64,000 nt of DNA from Lama glama (lineage: Eukaryota), in the NCBI GenBank assembly GCA_028534125.1, contig CM052816.1, positions 18,602,001 through 18,666,000 of the forward strand. Direction: 5' to 3'. This document shows, one piece after another, positions 12,348-25,100 of the stretch (the first letter of the stretch is position 1; each line of letters opens with the position of its first letter). Under the pieces are notes generated by a model. It had not been told where the DNA came from. It saw only the letters and a program-made list of their open reading frames with translations, and did no database searches. Position numbers and translations under genes: made by a program.

Positions 12348-14637
12348 GGTCCCATCCTTCCTATGTCTCTGGCAGCCCATTTTCAGACAGGGTTCTGTTA
12401 AGTATCAGTGTGGGTCACATCCAAAGTTGACTTTTTTGCTGAGATCATAATTTGTAATGACAAGGTTTGCAGGTGTGTGGCAGGAGGTGTTTAACAGCCA
12501 GCCATTTTCTGTGTTCTTATCTTAGCACCAAGCCATAGGTCTCAAGAGATATTTTAGAAAGTATTGCTTCCTTAGTACATATGACTTAAGAGAAAGGATT
12601 TGAGCAGAGATTGAAATGAGTCAGTCTCTCCCTGGGTCCCACCTAGACGTGCGGTATGAAGGCAGCACCCCCACAGGGCCCCAGGTTAGGGCAGGGCCAG
12701 CTTATATTACAAGTTTAAAAGATTCTCTTGAGTGTTAGGCTTGGAACGGGTTGCAGAAGCTGCTAGGAGGTGTCCTGAGGAGATCCTTAGGAACATACAG
12801 CCATCTATTACCCTTGGCTTAGGACAAGGGCAGAGAGTGGAGGGGTGGGGAAAGAGACATCTGAAGGCTGCTTCCACCCTGGGACTTTGTGACGTGTGCT
12901 GCTGGCCTCGTCCAGAGCCAGGTGACGCCGCTGTCCTTCTCCAACTTTTGCTTAAGTGCCTGTGTCTCAACAAATGTTCCCAGCACACTGTGTAACTTCC
13001 ACTCAACACAGAAACTTTAGCCCAGAGAGGGAAAAAACTGAGCATTTTTTCTGGGCCAAACACTGAGAAGCATTTGTTCACATATGCCCATACATTCATC
13101 TCTACAGAGATAACACAGTCACCAAAGATCTAAATTCTAAGAAGCCCCTTTTCCCAAAAAACGTTCAAGAAAATGCCACCTCAACGTTAACCAGGCACTC
13201 AGAGATTTATATGCTGAGTTCCAAGTTTCTGATGAGAACTGCAGTTTTGCTATTTATCAGCAAAAGCATGAATTAGACACTTATAGTAAGAAGAGGAAAC
13301 GGCTTACCAAACATCAGCGTTAATCTTTGAGATTCCATTTAATTACACAATACTCTACTTCCCTTTCTTCAATTAATATGAACAAGCAACTGTCTGCAAT
13401 ATTAAATATACAATACCACAGCAAATGGTAACTAATAAATCTGAAAATTATATATGTGTGCTCTTTACAGGCAAAAAAATCCCCACGGCATTATAGGAAG
13501 GAAAGACTAAACAGGGGAAAGACTCCTTACCCTCCCTGAGATCCTTGGAGATTCTAGGAAACCATCTTCCAAGTTCATTTCTGATTTTCAAAACCACAGG
13601 CTAATATACAATAGTTAGCTTTTAAATCTTTGGCTACAACCACCCAGAGTAAATTGCTCCTTTCTTAACCTAGGGAGAATAATTATCAAGTAAAAGATCC
13701 TCTGTTATTCCTCAGCCATGACTTGTTTCAAACACATCTATTCAGCTCATAATTTTTTACATATGTGAACACTCAGACGCTGGAATAAGTTCCCTGTTAG
13801 TTGTCACTGTGCACTGCTTTTCAATTAAAAAAAAGAATTCAAAAGCTTATCAAATAAAAATATTTCAAAGCTCAGAACAAATCCTCTTGCTGTATTCTTA
13901 ACAACTTTCTATCTCTTATCACAAGATTAGAGTAAGCAATTCTTTTGGCTGTTTTCCCAAAAACCCAGACATATTTTATGTGACATGTGAGTCACGGCAG
14001 CACTGATTTCATGGTTCGGGACAGTCTCCTTGGAATGAAGAATAAATGGTAGTCTTACGTTATTGGTGATGATGGACTGGGAACTAGACATTTACCCAAG
14101 TGAAGAAAAACAAAATAGGAAAATGTTGCCTGCCAATTTTAAATAAAAAGAGCTAATTGTCTTACATGAGTTGAGTCAACTAAGAAGCATGGGATTGTGG
14201 CAGAGCCTGGAAAGAACAGACATTAGAGAGGAGCTCTCTCATGAATGAAACAATTTAAACTCTAGGGCAAAATGTGGGCTTGCAAGAGTTTTAGGGAAAA
14301 AATGTAGTGTCTTTCCTCCATCCAATGTGGTTTTCTGTGTTGGTAAAGTTTTACGATGACAATTTCAATGAACAGTGAAGTCAGTTATTTCCTAAAATTT
14401 CTATTTTAATCCAAAAGCTATTTAACATAGGCATGATGAGACAGAGATAATTAAGGTAATTGTAGTATCTCTTAGAGGCTTTACCCTTTGACATCCCTGT
14501 CTGAGGAGAGTTTCATTTCTGCCAGACCACTTACTGGAACTTTTGTGTTTTCGCATCAAGATACTGGACGGAGTTAAAAAGAACCCACAGAAGCAGGAGG
14601 AAAAGGAGAAAACTCGGAAGTCTTCACTGATCTCACT

Positions 14638-14952
14638 CAGTACTGTTCAACAGAAATATAATGTGAGTACAAGTAATTTAATTTTTTCTAGTAGCCATAT
14701 TAAAAAAGGAAAAAGAAACAGGCAAAATTAATTTTAAATATATACCTCATATAACCTAATATTTAAAAGCATTTCAGCAAGTAGTCAACAGAAAAATTAT
14801 TAGATAGTTTATGTACCTTTTTTTTTTAAAATACCAAGTCTTCAAAATCTCATATGTATTTTACACTTAAAGCACATCTCAATTCATAGTAGCTCCGTTC
14901 CAAGTGCTTAATAGCCACATGTGGTTGGTGGCTACCTTTACTGGACAGCACA
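14638..14952 (+). mobile_element. MER33/MER3-type hAT-Charlie element
   Basis: Termini CAGTACTGTTCAACAGAAATATAATG...CAAGTGCTTAATAGCCACATGTGGTTGGTGGCTACC..ACTGGACAGCACA. Confidence 0.8.
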
Positions 14953-16149
14953 AATCAAGATAATACATTACTGGGAGTGGGGAGTAGAAACGAAGAAGAG
15001 AAGCCCTGAGGGCTCTGGGTTTAGGAGTTTGGGCACGGGTAAGAATTCTGAAGAGAGACCTGTTGGAGCAGCTGTGAACCGCCAGGGAAGTGCTGAGAAC
15101 TGCTATGGAGCGTATACAGATCCCTTTCAAATTCTCCAAAGAGTAAAAATAAAATATTTGAGTTTTTTTGAAATTAATTTGGGTAGATGGACTGTGTTTC
15201 TTGAAACTGGACCACTTGGTCCTGGCTTTACAAGGGCTATATAGCTCCAAGCATGGATGGAGAAGAGGTAAATGAGAATGTAGGGCAGAAAGACGCTGGT
15301 GGTTGTGGGCAAATGCCAGAGCTCCATCGTTATCTAGGTCTGTGCAAGCAGTGCCTGCGTCTGGCATGGGTTACAGTCAGCCCAGGAGGGCACAGTGTTG
15401 GCACACAATCAGATGCAGAAGAGGATATCAACTGTAAGGGCCCAGCGGTGCCACTGAGCAATAGTCTCGAAACCCTTGGAGGAGACAGGCATGGACACGT
15501 GGCATAGACCCTGACGTATGGTGTAGTTTGGAGTGGTCACCCTGGGTACAGAAACAGGAAACAGGATAAAGGATGCCTGCCTCCGACCCACTGCCCTTGG
15601 TGCTGTAGACTCAGGTGCTGAACAGGAGAGACTGACACTCAGGCCTTTAAATGCAGCTGCAGCCAGAGAGTCAAAGTAGCCCAGAGCTGGGAACTCATTC
15701 TATGTCAGATGGTAATAGAAGTCATCAGCATGTTAGCACCATTCTGGAGACCCAGTCTTGTGAAATCTTATGAGACAAATACCGTACAGTCTTGCAAGAG
15801 TGATCTACTTCCCAAACCATCTTCCTGGAACTGGGGCCTGTCCACAGGGCCCCGAGGATAATCCCATGAATGTGAGTCCTCAAGTTCCTCAGAGCATTTG
15901 GTTTACTCCATACTTGTAAAAGAGTCAAAGAGTGCCCTATGAGAAGAAATGAGGACCAGAGCTCAGAGATGGAACTGAGGGCTCCAGTTGGCCCCAGGCA
16001 TCAGAGGGGTCATAGTAAATTTCCAGGTTACTCCAAAGCATGGGGCCCCCTGATGTATGGAACCCAGAACAGAGATCTCACTTTGTAGGACCAAGGGCAT
16101 TTGGGAGGAAGCTCTCCTAGAGTAGGAGAAAATAAATGCAATACAAAGA

Positions 16150-16306
16150 GAGAAACCCAATGGGGAAACCAAGTGACAGAGATAGTCCTGCTAACACTGA
16201 GCCTGGAGCCTATGCCTGCAGTGAGTTTCGTCAGCCAGCATATTCTCTTTCTGACTCTAGCAAGTTGGCAACGTGTCTCTGTCACTTGCAACTAAAATAG
16301 CCCTGG
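16150..16306 (+). mobile_element. MLT1 (MaLR) LTR 3' fragment
   Basis: Ends in TCTGTCACTTGCAACTAAAATAGCCCTG, typical of old MLT1 subfamilies. Confidence 0.55.
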
Positions 16307-16559
16307 ACAATGTGGAGTATTCAACACTTTCAAGACTAAAGTTGAGGTTTCCAACCTCACGAGAGCCATTCCCTTCCTCACAGTCCCAGGGCCAGGGCCA
16401 GCCCTCTCCTCTACAGGTCTGAACATGCACCAGAGGGGCAAAGCAAGCAAGGTTGCAGCAAAAGTGCAGTAAGGATCACCTTCCTCCCTAGAAAACATCA
16501 AAGTATGAAGGGTCACCCCCACAGAAGGCCGAGGCCCTGGTTTCTCAAAATGCCTCCAT

Positions 16560-17065
16560 GAACATATGTGCCCCACCCTCCTCCACTGAGCTCAAAGCAC
16601 TTTTGTGGCCTCACAATGCACTGAGCATCATCAGTGTATGATCTGGCTCCAGACTGCCTGCTTCTCCAATCTCATACCATTCACTCCCCACTCCATCTCT
16701 GTGCTCTTCAGTCACCCTGCATGTCTTCCTGTTTCTTTAACGTGCCACACTTAGTTCTGCCTCAGGACCTTTGTACTAGCTGTCTCATCTGGATGCTCTT
16801 TCCTCTCTCACTTCTTTTTGTCCTCAGAGCTCACTTTAAAGGAGACAGGTCTTCCCTGACCCCATTACTATCTATCACCCTATTTTGATTCCTTTAACAA
16901 TTGCTGCTATTTGATTTGTTTCATTGGTTATTAATTATCTGTTTCTCCATTACATTTAAACTCCTTGTAGGTGTGAATCTTATTTGTCCTGTTCACTGCT
17001 CTATCCCCAGTATCTAAAAGAATACCTGGCACATAGTAGGTACTCAATAAATATTTACCAAATAC
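16560..17065 (+). mobile_element. L2a LINE 3' end
   Basis: CCTCAGGACCTTTGTACTAGCTG...TGTTCACTGCTCTATCCCCAG...CCTGGCACATAGTAGGTACTCAATAAATATTT. Confidence 0.85.
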
Positions 17066-17490
17066 AGAAACAAAATGCACCCAGGCTGTTTTGGTGGACA
17101 GATACAGCTATCTTCTCAGGAATGTCATCCTTTCAGCTCTTTAGCTAAGTCTACAGCTGACTTACTTATTTGGCTTAACAAGTCTTTGCTGGGAGCATAT
17201 CCCCTACATGGGCTCCTTCTGAGGTAATAATGGGGTGTGGTTCTTAATCTCCAGGAGTGCAGACTGACAGAAGAGACAGACACAGGCCAATTCAAGACAG
17301 TGTGGAAAATCCTGTGATCCAGCTGGGGCAGAAGAGGAGAGCACGACCTTCCTGGTGCATAATACATTCAGGCAGTGAAGATGGGGAAAGCCACAGAGAA
17401 AGATCCTTTGGAATGCGTACATGTTCCCTTCTTGCAACACATATGGACTAGAAAAGCAATTCTCCCCACCATTTCCCCTTCTAAAGTATG

Positions 17491-17570
17491 GAGATATAGA
17501 TAGATAGATAGGTAGATGGATAGATAGATAGATAGATATACAGACAGATATCTATCTATCTATCTATCTC
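17491..17570. repeat. (GATA)n/(TATC)n microsatellite with polarity switch
   Basis: GATA units run to 17550, then TATC units run to 17570. Confidence 0.9.
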
Positions 17571-19989
17571 AGTTTGTCCTGCAAGAAGGGAAAGCTGGGA
17601 CACCATGTACTTGAAAGGGTGTGTATTTATCTATTCTGTTTGCATGTCAACAGCTAATTAGATTATTTATGTCTCTCAAGTGGATTTTGCATTAACCTGA
17701 ATATCTAGTTTTGGCAGGGTTTTATAATCTGCTCAATTTGCTAAGTGTCCCTCCTATCCTGGCATAGGGTAAGGAGATGTCACAGGAGAGAGTATAGGGT
17801 GGTGGGGTCTTGTGCCTATTGAGTGCTCAGGAGGACAGCCAGCCAGCAGTGTCCCTAGGGGAGGACAGAGCACAGGAGTCCCTGAGGTCCCAGGTCTCCA
17901 GCCCATTGCCCCGGGGGAGTTCATACCCAGGAGCAGCCTCATCAGACAGCAGGGATGCTGACTCACCTCTGCCCGTCAGACACTCACAGAGAATATGGAA
18001 TTCTGAATACAAGACAAAAATCCACCTGGAGCCCAGGAAGCTCCAGGCCAGGTCTTTGCTCACTGTGATGTATCAGATGTTACTCGCTTGTGCCTTAGAC
18101 TCTGTGTCTAAACTTGGTCCAACAAAAGGATTGTGGCTTATTGTCAACATGAAGTATCGTCCAACTCCTTATGGTTAAATAATGCATCAGTCATAAAAGG
18201 GCTTTTCACTTTAAAACAAAGCCTGAAATCCATTTTCTGCTATATTAAACACACACACAAACAGGCTGGATGAGTCAAATAGACAAGACCTGCAAACTGC
18301 AAACTCGTCCAATTTATACGCTATGTTTTCTTTTAAAATCCAGCAAAGAGAAGAACTGGAAAGGTTCGAGCTGGGCACCGGTTGTAGGACCCAGAGCACT
18401 TCCTGGCACTGAGGCTGGACATGGAGAGGTGTCCGTAGTTTCTGTTTCTTTGGCCCACAGAGGTGGTCAATTAGCCAAAGGTCAGCAGATCCCGCTTTTC
18501 TACAGTTTCCCCACTGAACCGCAGCAGCCGAAAAAGATGATGCATGTTGGAGCTGGAAGCATACTGGAAATTCTCTAGACCAATCCGCTCCTTTGTAAAC
18601 AAGGCAAGAGAGTTCCAGAAGGGAGCTCTGCCGAATCAGAGGTCACACAGCAAATCCACGCTGGAGTCAGGAATGAGAAGCCCGAGTTCCTGACTTCCCA
18701 GCCCACGGCACTTCTGGTGCACCGGCAGTAATACTGTGAGTTACTGTCCGTGTGCACCTGCGCTCCCTAGTGAGATCTCCATCGGCTACTTATACTGCTT
18801 AATCTTTGTGATCCCCGAGAGTCCCTTAACTGGAAGATTCCTTAGAACTTTATTTTTAAAACAACACTTGGTTAACAGCCCCACATTAAATGCTCCCAAC
18901 TTCTCTTGAAAATATCTAAGACAACACCGAATAAAGTGAAAACCTCATTCTGTGAATTGGGATCAATAGTCAAGCAAATGCCAGGCAAGACATTGAATTC
19001 AGAATGCCACTTCAGGACCATCCATTCTGGGGGCCAGGGAGCCAGCCCCTAAAACCAGGAGCCCAAGGGCTGAGCAATCCCAAACATAGGGATGCTGTCC
19101 AGAGAGCTCTCTGCCTCCAAGGGCATGCACTCCTCACGTCCTGGGAACAGTGGATGCAGAGGAGCTGGGGTCCACAGTAGCCCAGGAGGGGAGTCCTCAC
19201 AGATATGGCCTTATAGCCCCAGCCTACAGATGGCAGAACTCGGAGGCAGGCATGCCAGGGCATGATTCTTTCTACCTACTCCATTTCTTCAATGTGTCCT
19301 GACCTAGCTATACAGTGGTGAAGGAGAAGGAGGATTTCACCTAACAGATGTCCAGCAAATAAAAATCTGCTGGTCACTAGGAATAAGGCCAGGAAATTGC
19401 ACCACAGTCTATGACTCAACTACTGAGCAGGGCTTTTAACAGAAACCCCTGATGACAGACGCAGCAACAAGCATGAGCCCCCACATCCTCTGTACTGAAA
19501 ATTAATGGATCTAGAGAGATTTTCCAAGTGTTGGAGGACCAGCAGAAGGGGAACAACAACAACTAGAAAATAATCATGGAATGTCTGAAAAAAAGCACTC
19601 AGGTTTGCAAAGTTTTTAATGCAATACCAGAAAAAAATAAGTCCTGCATCAGGTTCACAGGAAACAAAGCTGATGCCATAGAAAAGTGCATCTGTAGCAT
19701 GGAGGATGGGCATGAGACTCAGAGGACACAGAGGAGAAGGGCAAAGTGATGACAAGGACAGGAAGGGAAGGACAGGTTCTTCTCTCTTCCTCATTGTCTA
19801 CCCTGCCACATCCAAGAGTTATAGAACTTCTTAAGGAAGAAACTCACACATTGGATAAACAGCAATAATGAAAGATATAATGAAAGAAAACTTTATTTAG
19901 TAAGCAAACTGAAAGGGCTCACAGTATTCTAAGTGAAAATACATTTAAAGAGGACTGTGCACAAAAGACTTAACAAAGCAAGCCTGAAG

Positions 19990-20554
19990 CTGCTGTCCTT
20001 AGACCTCCAGATGCTTGCTGGTGTCAGGGAACTCGGCTAGTAAATCGCTCCCTACACTGATATAAAACTTTACCTACATGATAAGTAAGAATGGCTCACT
20101 GTGCCTAAACTGTTTTACTAAACACCGTGGTTTAGGCTGAACACCTGTTTTCCTTCTTGGAGTCTGGAATTCTGGTACATGCTAGGGAGTCAGTACAGTC
20201 AGACCCCAATAAAATACCTGAGAACTGAGTCTTTAATAGGATTCCCTGGGCAGACACATCACACATGATGTTCCATTTTCCTCACTAGGCCAAAAGTGAG
20301 CTCTGGGTGACCCCTGATGGGAGGGAGAGAGCATAAAGAAGCCTGCGCCCAAGTTCCTCCAGACTCTTATGTAACAGGAGTGTATACTTGGCTTATAAGG
20401 GAAAAGGCACAGGCTTTTCCCTTATAAGCCAAGTATACACTCCTGTTACGTTGCTGTAATAAATCATAGCCATGAGTACACTTTTGTGGAGTTTTGTGAC
20501 TCATTTTGGTGGATTTCCAAACACAGCAATGGCTCCAGGGACCCGTACCGTGAC
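19990..20554 (+). mobile_element. ERV-L-type solo LTR (MER21/MER68-like)
   Basis: GAGTCTGGAATTCTGGTACATGCTAGG; CCCCAATAAAATACCTGAGAACTGAGTCT; TTCCTCCAGACT; TTGCTGTAATAAATCATAGCCATGAGTAC. Subfamily and 5' boundary uncertain. Confidence 0.7.
20371..20449. repeat. Perfect inverted repeat, 36-bp arms, 7-nt spacer
   Basis: 20371-20406 GTAACAGGAGTGTATACTTGGCTTATAAGGGAAAAG is the exact reverse complement of 20414-20449; loop GCACAGG. Confidence 0.97.
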
Positions 20555-21059
20555 ACAGGGATTTCACTTAAAACACATTCTAGCAAAATATACGCACTTT
20601 AAAAATAACTTACTTTTACATTATAAGCATCAAGGAAGAAAAACAAATTCTTGCAAAGAATATAAAAATTGGTTGGCTTCAGGCTTTTGCAGTAGCCTTC
20701 TATATGCGGTAGCCTTCATGGCATTTTGAAGGAAGAATGCTGGAACCCAGAAATTTTGTAGCCTTCAGAGTAAAGGCAATAGAGAATCTAAGATATGTAA
20801 GAACTCAAAGAAGACTTACACCAGTGACTGAGATCATAAACTTTAAGAATGAGAGAACACAGAATTCTGGATATGAACTTCTTTTATGGAGATCCCAAAT
20901 TCAGAGTCCAGCCAGAGTGCTTTACTGGAGAATTCTGAAACTGCAGGCTTAACCCTTCACTATTTCCCTCAGCTGTTTCTCTGCTTTTGCAGTATTACTG
21001 AGACAAAGAAATTAATTTTTTGTGCCATACCTTTCACCCCATAATTTAGGAGGAATCTT

Positions 21060-21293
21060 GTTACAGTTGATGGCCACTTAAACTACTAGGCAGTATACTT
21101 GTATTGTTAATGATCGCTAAACACACAGTAAGTCTCATGTTGTAAGACTCACTGTATTGAGGGTTGCTGTGTGGAGGAGGATTCTGAACCACATTGGAGC
21201 TCCATGGGGAATAATGAGGGGTCCATGAGTGATAACTGGCCACGGGAAAAAATTGAGCACGGTGATACATGCATCACTCATTTGCTACCCTGA
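21060..21293 (+). mobile_element. MER102/MER112-like hAT element
   Basis: GGAGGATTCTGAACCAC core and terminal CATTTGCTACCCTG. Confidence 0.45.
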
Positions 21294-21661
21294 TCACATA
21301 CTCGGGCTGCTGTGGTTTAAAAATTTGTATAGAAAAAAAATCTTAATTTTGTCCACAAAAGAATAGCTGCATAGTGCAGTAAAAAAGACCACTTGCATTT
21401 CAAGAAGCTTGAGAGAATACTTTATAAAATTAACATTTTCTGTATCAAAAAAATCACAATGAGAAAACAATTACTCCCACTGAATGACTTGGGTCATTCT
21501 TTGTGTGTGTGTCTGTGTGTTTAATGTACTGGGAAAGTTAATAAACCACCCAAACGCAATTATTATCTGTCATCAAGCCCTTCTTTCAATGGTTTCTGAT
21601 ATGGATCTCTGTTCCTTCATTAAGTATGCTTTAAAAAGCAACTAGGAGAATCTCAACTATT

Positions 21662-22434
21662 CAATGGCTTAAAGACTTAAACATAAGACAAGACACTATA
21701 AACCTCTTAGAAGAAAACATAGGCAAAACATTATCTGACATAAATCTCAGCAATGTTCTCCTAGGGCGGTCTACCCAGAAATAAAGCCAAAATAAACAAA
21801 TAAGACCTAATTAAACTTACAAGCTTTTGCACAGCAAAGGAAACTCTAAGCAAAACAAAAAGACAACTTATGGAATGGGAGAAAATATTTGCAAAAGATG
21901 AGAAAGATAAGGGCTTAATTTCCAGAATATATAGACAGCTCGTACAACTTAATAAGAAAAAACAAATGACCCAATCCAAAAATGAGCAGAAGACCTAAAT
22001 AAGCAGTTCTTTGATGAAGACATACAAATGGCCAATAGGCACATTAAAAAATGTTCAATATTGCTAATTATCAGAGAAATGTAAATCAAAACTACAATGA
22101 GGTATCACCTCACACCAGTCAGAATGGCCATCATTCAAAAGTCCACAAATGATAAATGTTGGAGAGGGTGTGGAGAAAAGTGAACCCTCCTACACTGCTG
22201 GTGAGAATGTCCTTTGGTGCAGCCATTATGGAAAACAGTATGGAGATTCCTCAAAGACTAAAAGCAGGGTTACCGTATGATACAGCAATCCCACTCCTGG
22301 GCATATATCCAGAAGGAACCTTAATTCAAAAAGACACATGCACCCCAATGTTCACAGCAGCACTATTTACAATAGCCAAGACATGGAAACAACCTAAATG
22401 TCCATCGACAGATGACTGGATAAAGAAGTTGTGG

Positions 22435-22478
<44 letters not shown>

Positions 22479-23041
22479 TGTGTGTGTGTATATTTGTGTG
22501 TGTGTGTGTGTGTGTGTGTGTATACGCGTGTGTGTGTGTGTATGTATATATATACACACACAATGGACTACTTCTCATTCATGAAAAAGACTAAAATAAT
22601 GTCATCTACAGCAACATGGATGGACCTGGAGAATGTCATTCTAAGAAAGCCAGAAGTAAGCCAGAAAGAGAAAGAAAAATACCATATGATATCACTCATA
22701 TATGGAATCTAAAAAAAAAAAAAAGACGAATGAACTTATTTACAAAACAGAAACAGACTCACAGACATGGAAAACAAACTTATGGTTACCAGGGGGTAAG
22801 AGGGTGGGAAAGGATAAATTGGGAGTTCGAAATTTGCAGCTAATAACTAATATAGATAGATAGATAAACAAGAAGTTCATACTGCAGAGCACAGAGAACT
22901 ATATTCAGTATCTTGTAGTAACTTATGGTGAAAAGAATATGAAAACAAATATATATATGTTCATGTATGACTGAAGCATTGTTGCTGTACACCAGAAATT
23001 GACACAATACTGTAAACTGACTATACTTCAATTAAAAAAAA
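21662..23041 (+). mobile_element. Lineage-specific (camelid/cetartiodactyl) L1, 5'-truncated: ORF2 C-terminus plus 3' UTR
   Basis: Translates to [50 protein letters not shown] (ORF2 cysteine-rich domain with stops). The 3' UTR ends GTAAACTGACTATACTTCAATTAAAAAAAA. Confidence 0.92.
22433..22561. repeat. Compound (TA)n(TG)n...(TA)n(CA)n microsatellite inside L1
   Basis: Read directly; expanded at the L1 TGGTATATA...ACAATGG site. Confidence 0.95.
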
Positions 23042-23194
23042 GTATATATATACAGATAGATAGATAAAAAGAATGGAGTAAAATTAACACAAATTACAGT
23101 CATTGATGAAAACAACCAAAGTGTTAACGCTATTTCTGGATGGTAGACTTCCGAGTGATTTTTAATTTTTTAAATTATTTAGTCAGACTACCCT

Positions 23195-23385
23195 CTGTTT
23201 GCACTGCTGCTCACCGTCAGAGCCATTCTCCACTTTCCTCTGCCTTGCTCAGTGACCCCGGATCTGTAACGTCTCCAGGCCACATTGTCTGGACTCTCCT
23301 GCCCTCTGGCTTCTGGTTGGGTTTGGCCAATGGGGGTGATTAGAAGAGACCAGAGGGAGGAAGGAAAGAGGGGCCAGGGACATGT
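23195..23385. mobile_element. LTR33-like ERV-L LTR fragment
   Basis: TGCCCTCTGGCTTCTGGTTGGGTTTGGCCAATGGGGG...AGAGGGAGGAAGGAAAGAG. Confidence 0.6.
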
Positions 23386-24289
23386 AACACTGGAATGACA
23401 TGGCCAGTCTGTAGTACTTCCCAGCAGTACAGTGGATCACTCATGTACACAGTTTGCTGCTCCTTCCTGCTTTTTAGCTATCCTTCCTCATGTATATGAG
23501 TAAATTACATCATCTCTAAAGGTTTCACAAGTTAGAAACTACCCAAAACTTGTCCACTCATAAGATTTCTATTTCTTCCCTTGGGGAAGAAATTGAGAAA
23601 GCATAGAGGGGTCTGGACTGAGGACTGGAGGCCGAGGTCTGGATGGCACTCCTTGATTCTGCATTCTGAATGTAGATTATATCTTAAATTTGAACACACA
23701 GAGACTGGGTGTAGTTCTACGCTAAAAATGTCTGAAGTCATAAAATGTTGGCTTTATAATAATTATGAGGAAAATTAAGCAACACTTTCTAACATTTAAA
23801 GAAAACACAGTGAATTCCACTAAATTAGATAAGGAAAGGTGAGATCTTCCTGACAAGTCTGAAAACTCAGATCAAAAAAAGGAACACAAATAAATTTCTT
23901 TCCCATATACTTGTGTTATAAAACAAAACAACAAGTATGTTAGTCTACATCTCGGTTTCACTGTTGATGGGTTTCTCAGTTTTGTTCTCCTGGGCAATTA
24001 GCTGATAAGCTTTCTTCATTTCACTCTTTTCCATCACTGAGTTACCCATTCCGACACCTCAGTAGTTCAGTTCACGTTGTGACAAGTTTGATTTTAAACA
24101 AGAGAATAAAAATCCTATTCAATACTAATGTTTATGTAATATTGTTGGGGAGACGGAAGGAAGTTTGAAAAAAGAAAATAGTAGAGGAAGAAAGTACAAA
24201 GAAAAGGGTTGCTGGATCAGCTGTGTAACATTTTTAAATCTTCCTGACAAAAATACAAAAAAAAAGATAAAAAAATATGAAAAGCATAT

Positions 24290-24845
24290 ACATATTTGCA
24301 ACAAAGGCATCAAAGGATCAATGTCTTTAATATAATAAACTTTTGCAAATCAATTTAAAAATGAATTACACAATAGAAAACAGGGGAAAGATCATGAGCA
24401 GTAAATTTTCAAGGGAATAAACTCTCACTGAACGAGTGAGAAAGTGTACTATTTGATCACTAGAAAAATTAGTTTTAAAGTGAGTCAGAAATTTAAAAAA
24501 TCCTTGCCAATCTGATAGGTGAAAGATAACACCCAGTGTTGCAATTATAACTTTTCTTAAGCGCAATTTGCCACATCTTCCGAAACTCTCTTTATAGTAT
24601 GCATGCCCATTCACAGAAATCCCACTATGACCAAACCATGGAAGATGGGCTTAAAGATGTCTGTATTGACTGATAATCTCAGGATTACAATGGCAAAATT
24701 TGGAACAACCCAGAATCAGGGGATTGGCTAAATCTGCTAAAGTAAGTCCTTGTGATGGGAAATATGCAGCTGTAAACATCACATATGGAGGAGTACAGAC
24801 TGAATGGGAAAGTGGTCCTGATCCACTGTTTTAGTGAGAAATAAG
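24290..24845 (+). mobile_element. Ancient L1 (L1ME-like) fragment
   Basis: A-rich degraded ORF2/3' motifs (TTGCAAATCAAT, GATAACACCCAGTGTTG, TTGGAACAACCC). Confidence 0.55.
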
Positions 24846-24929
24846 ACAAACTAGCCCACAGTTGATGCAAAGGTGTGTTGTGGGGTGGCCTGGGGCTGTG
24901 GAATCTACAGTGCCCAGCCTGCAACTGAA

Positions 24930-25100
24930 CCCAGGCCCCACACACCTACCCGGGTGATCCTGGGATGATTTCCTGCCCCTTTTAACCTGCAGTGTCTTTG
25001 TTTGTAAAAATGGTGTGAAGAAAAGCACTGACCCTACAGGGCTGTACTATACAGAGCTAGAGAGTGTCCAGGTAAAGTGCTTAGGATCCTGCCCAACTCC
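24930..25100 (+). mobile_element. MIR fragment
   Basis: GTGATCCTGGG...TGTAAAAATGG...CCCTACAGGGCTGT...GTAAAGTGCTTAG. Confidence 0.55.

Noticed and set aside
14879..15367. Longest ORF (162 aa, minus strand)
   Set aside because: It runs into a MER33 element and has no recognisable domain or coding-like composition.
22156..22712. ORFs rich in CV/HT dipeptide repeats
   Set aside because: These are translations of a (TG)n microsatellite inside an L1.
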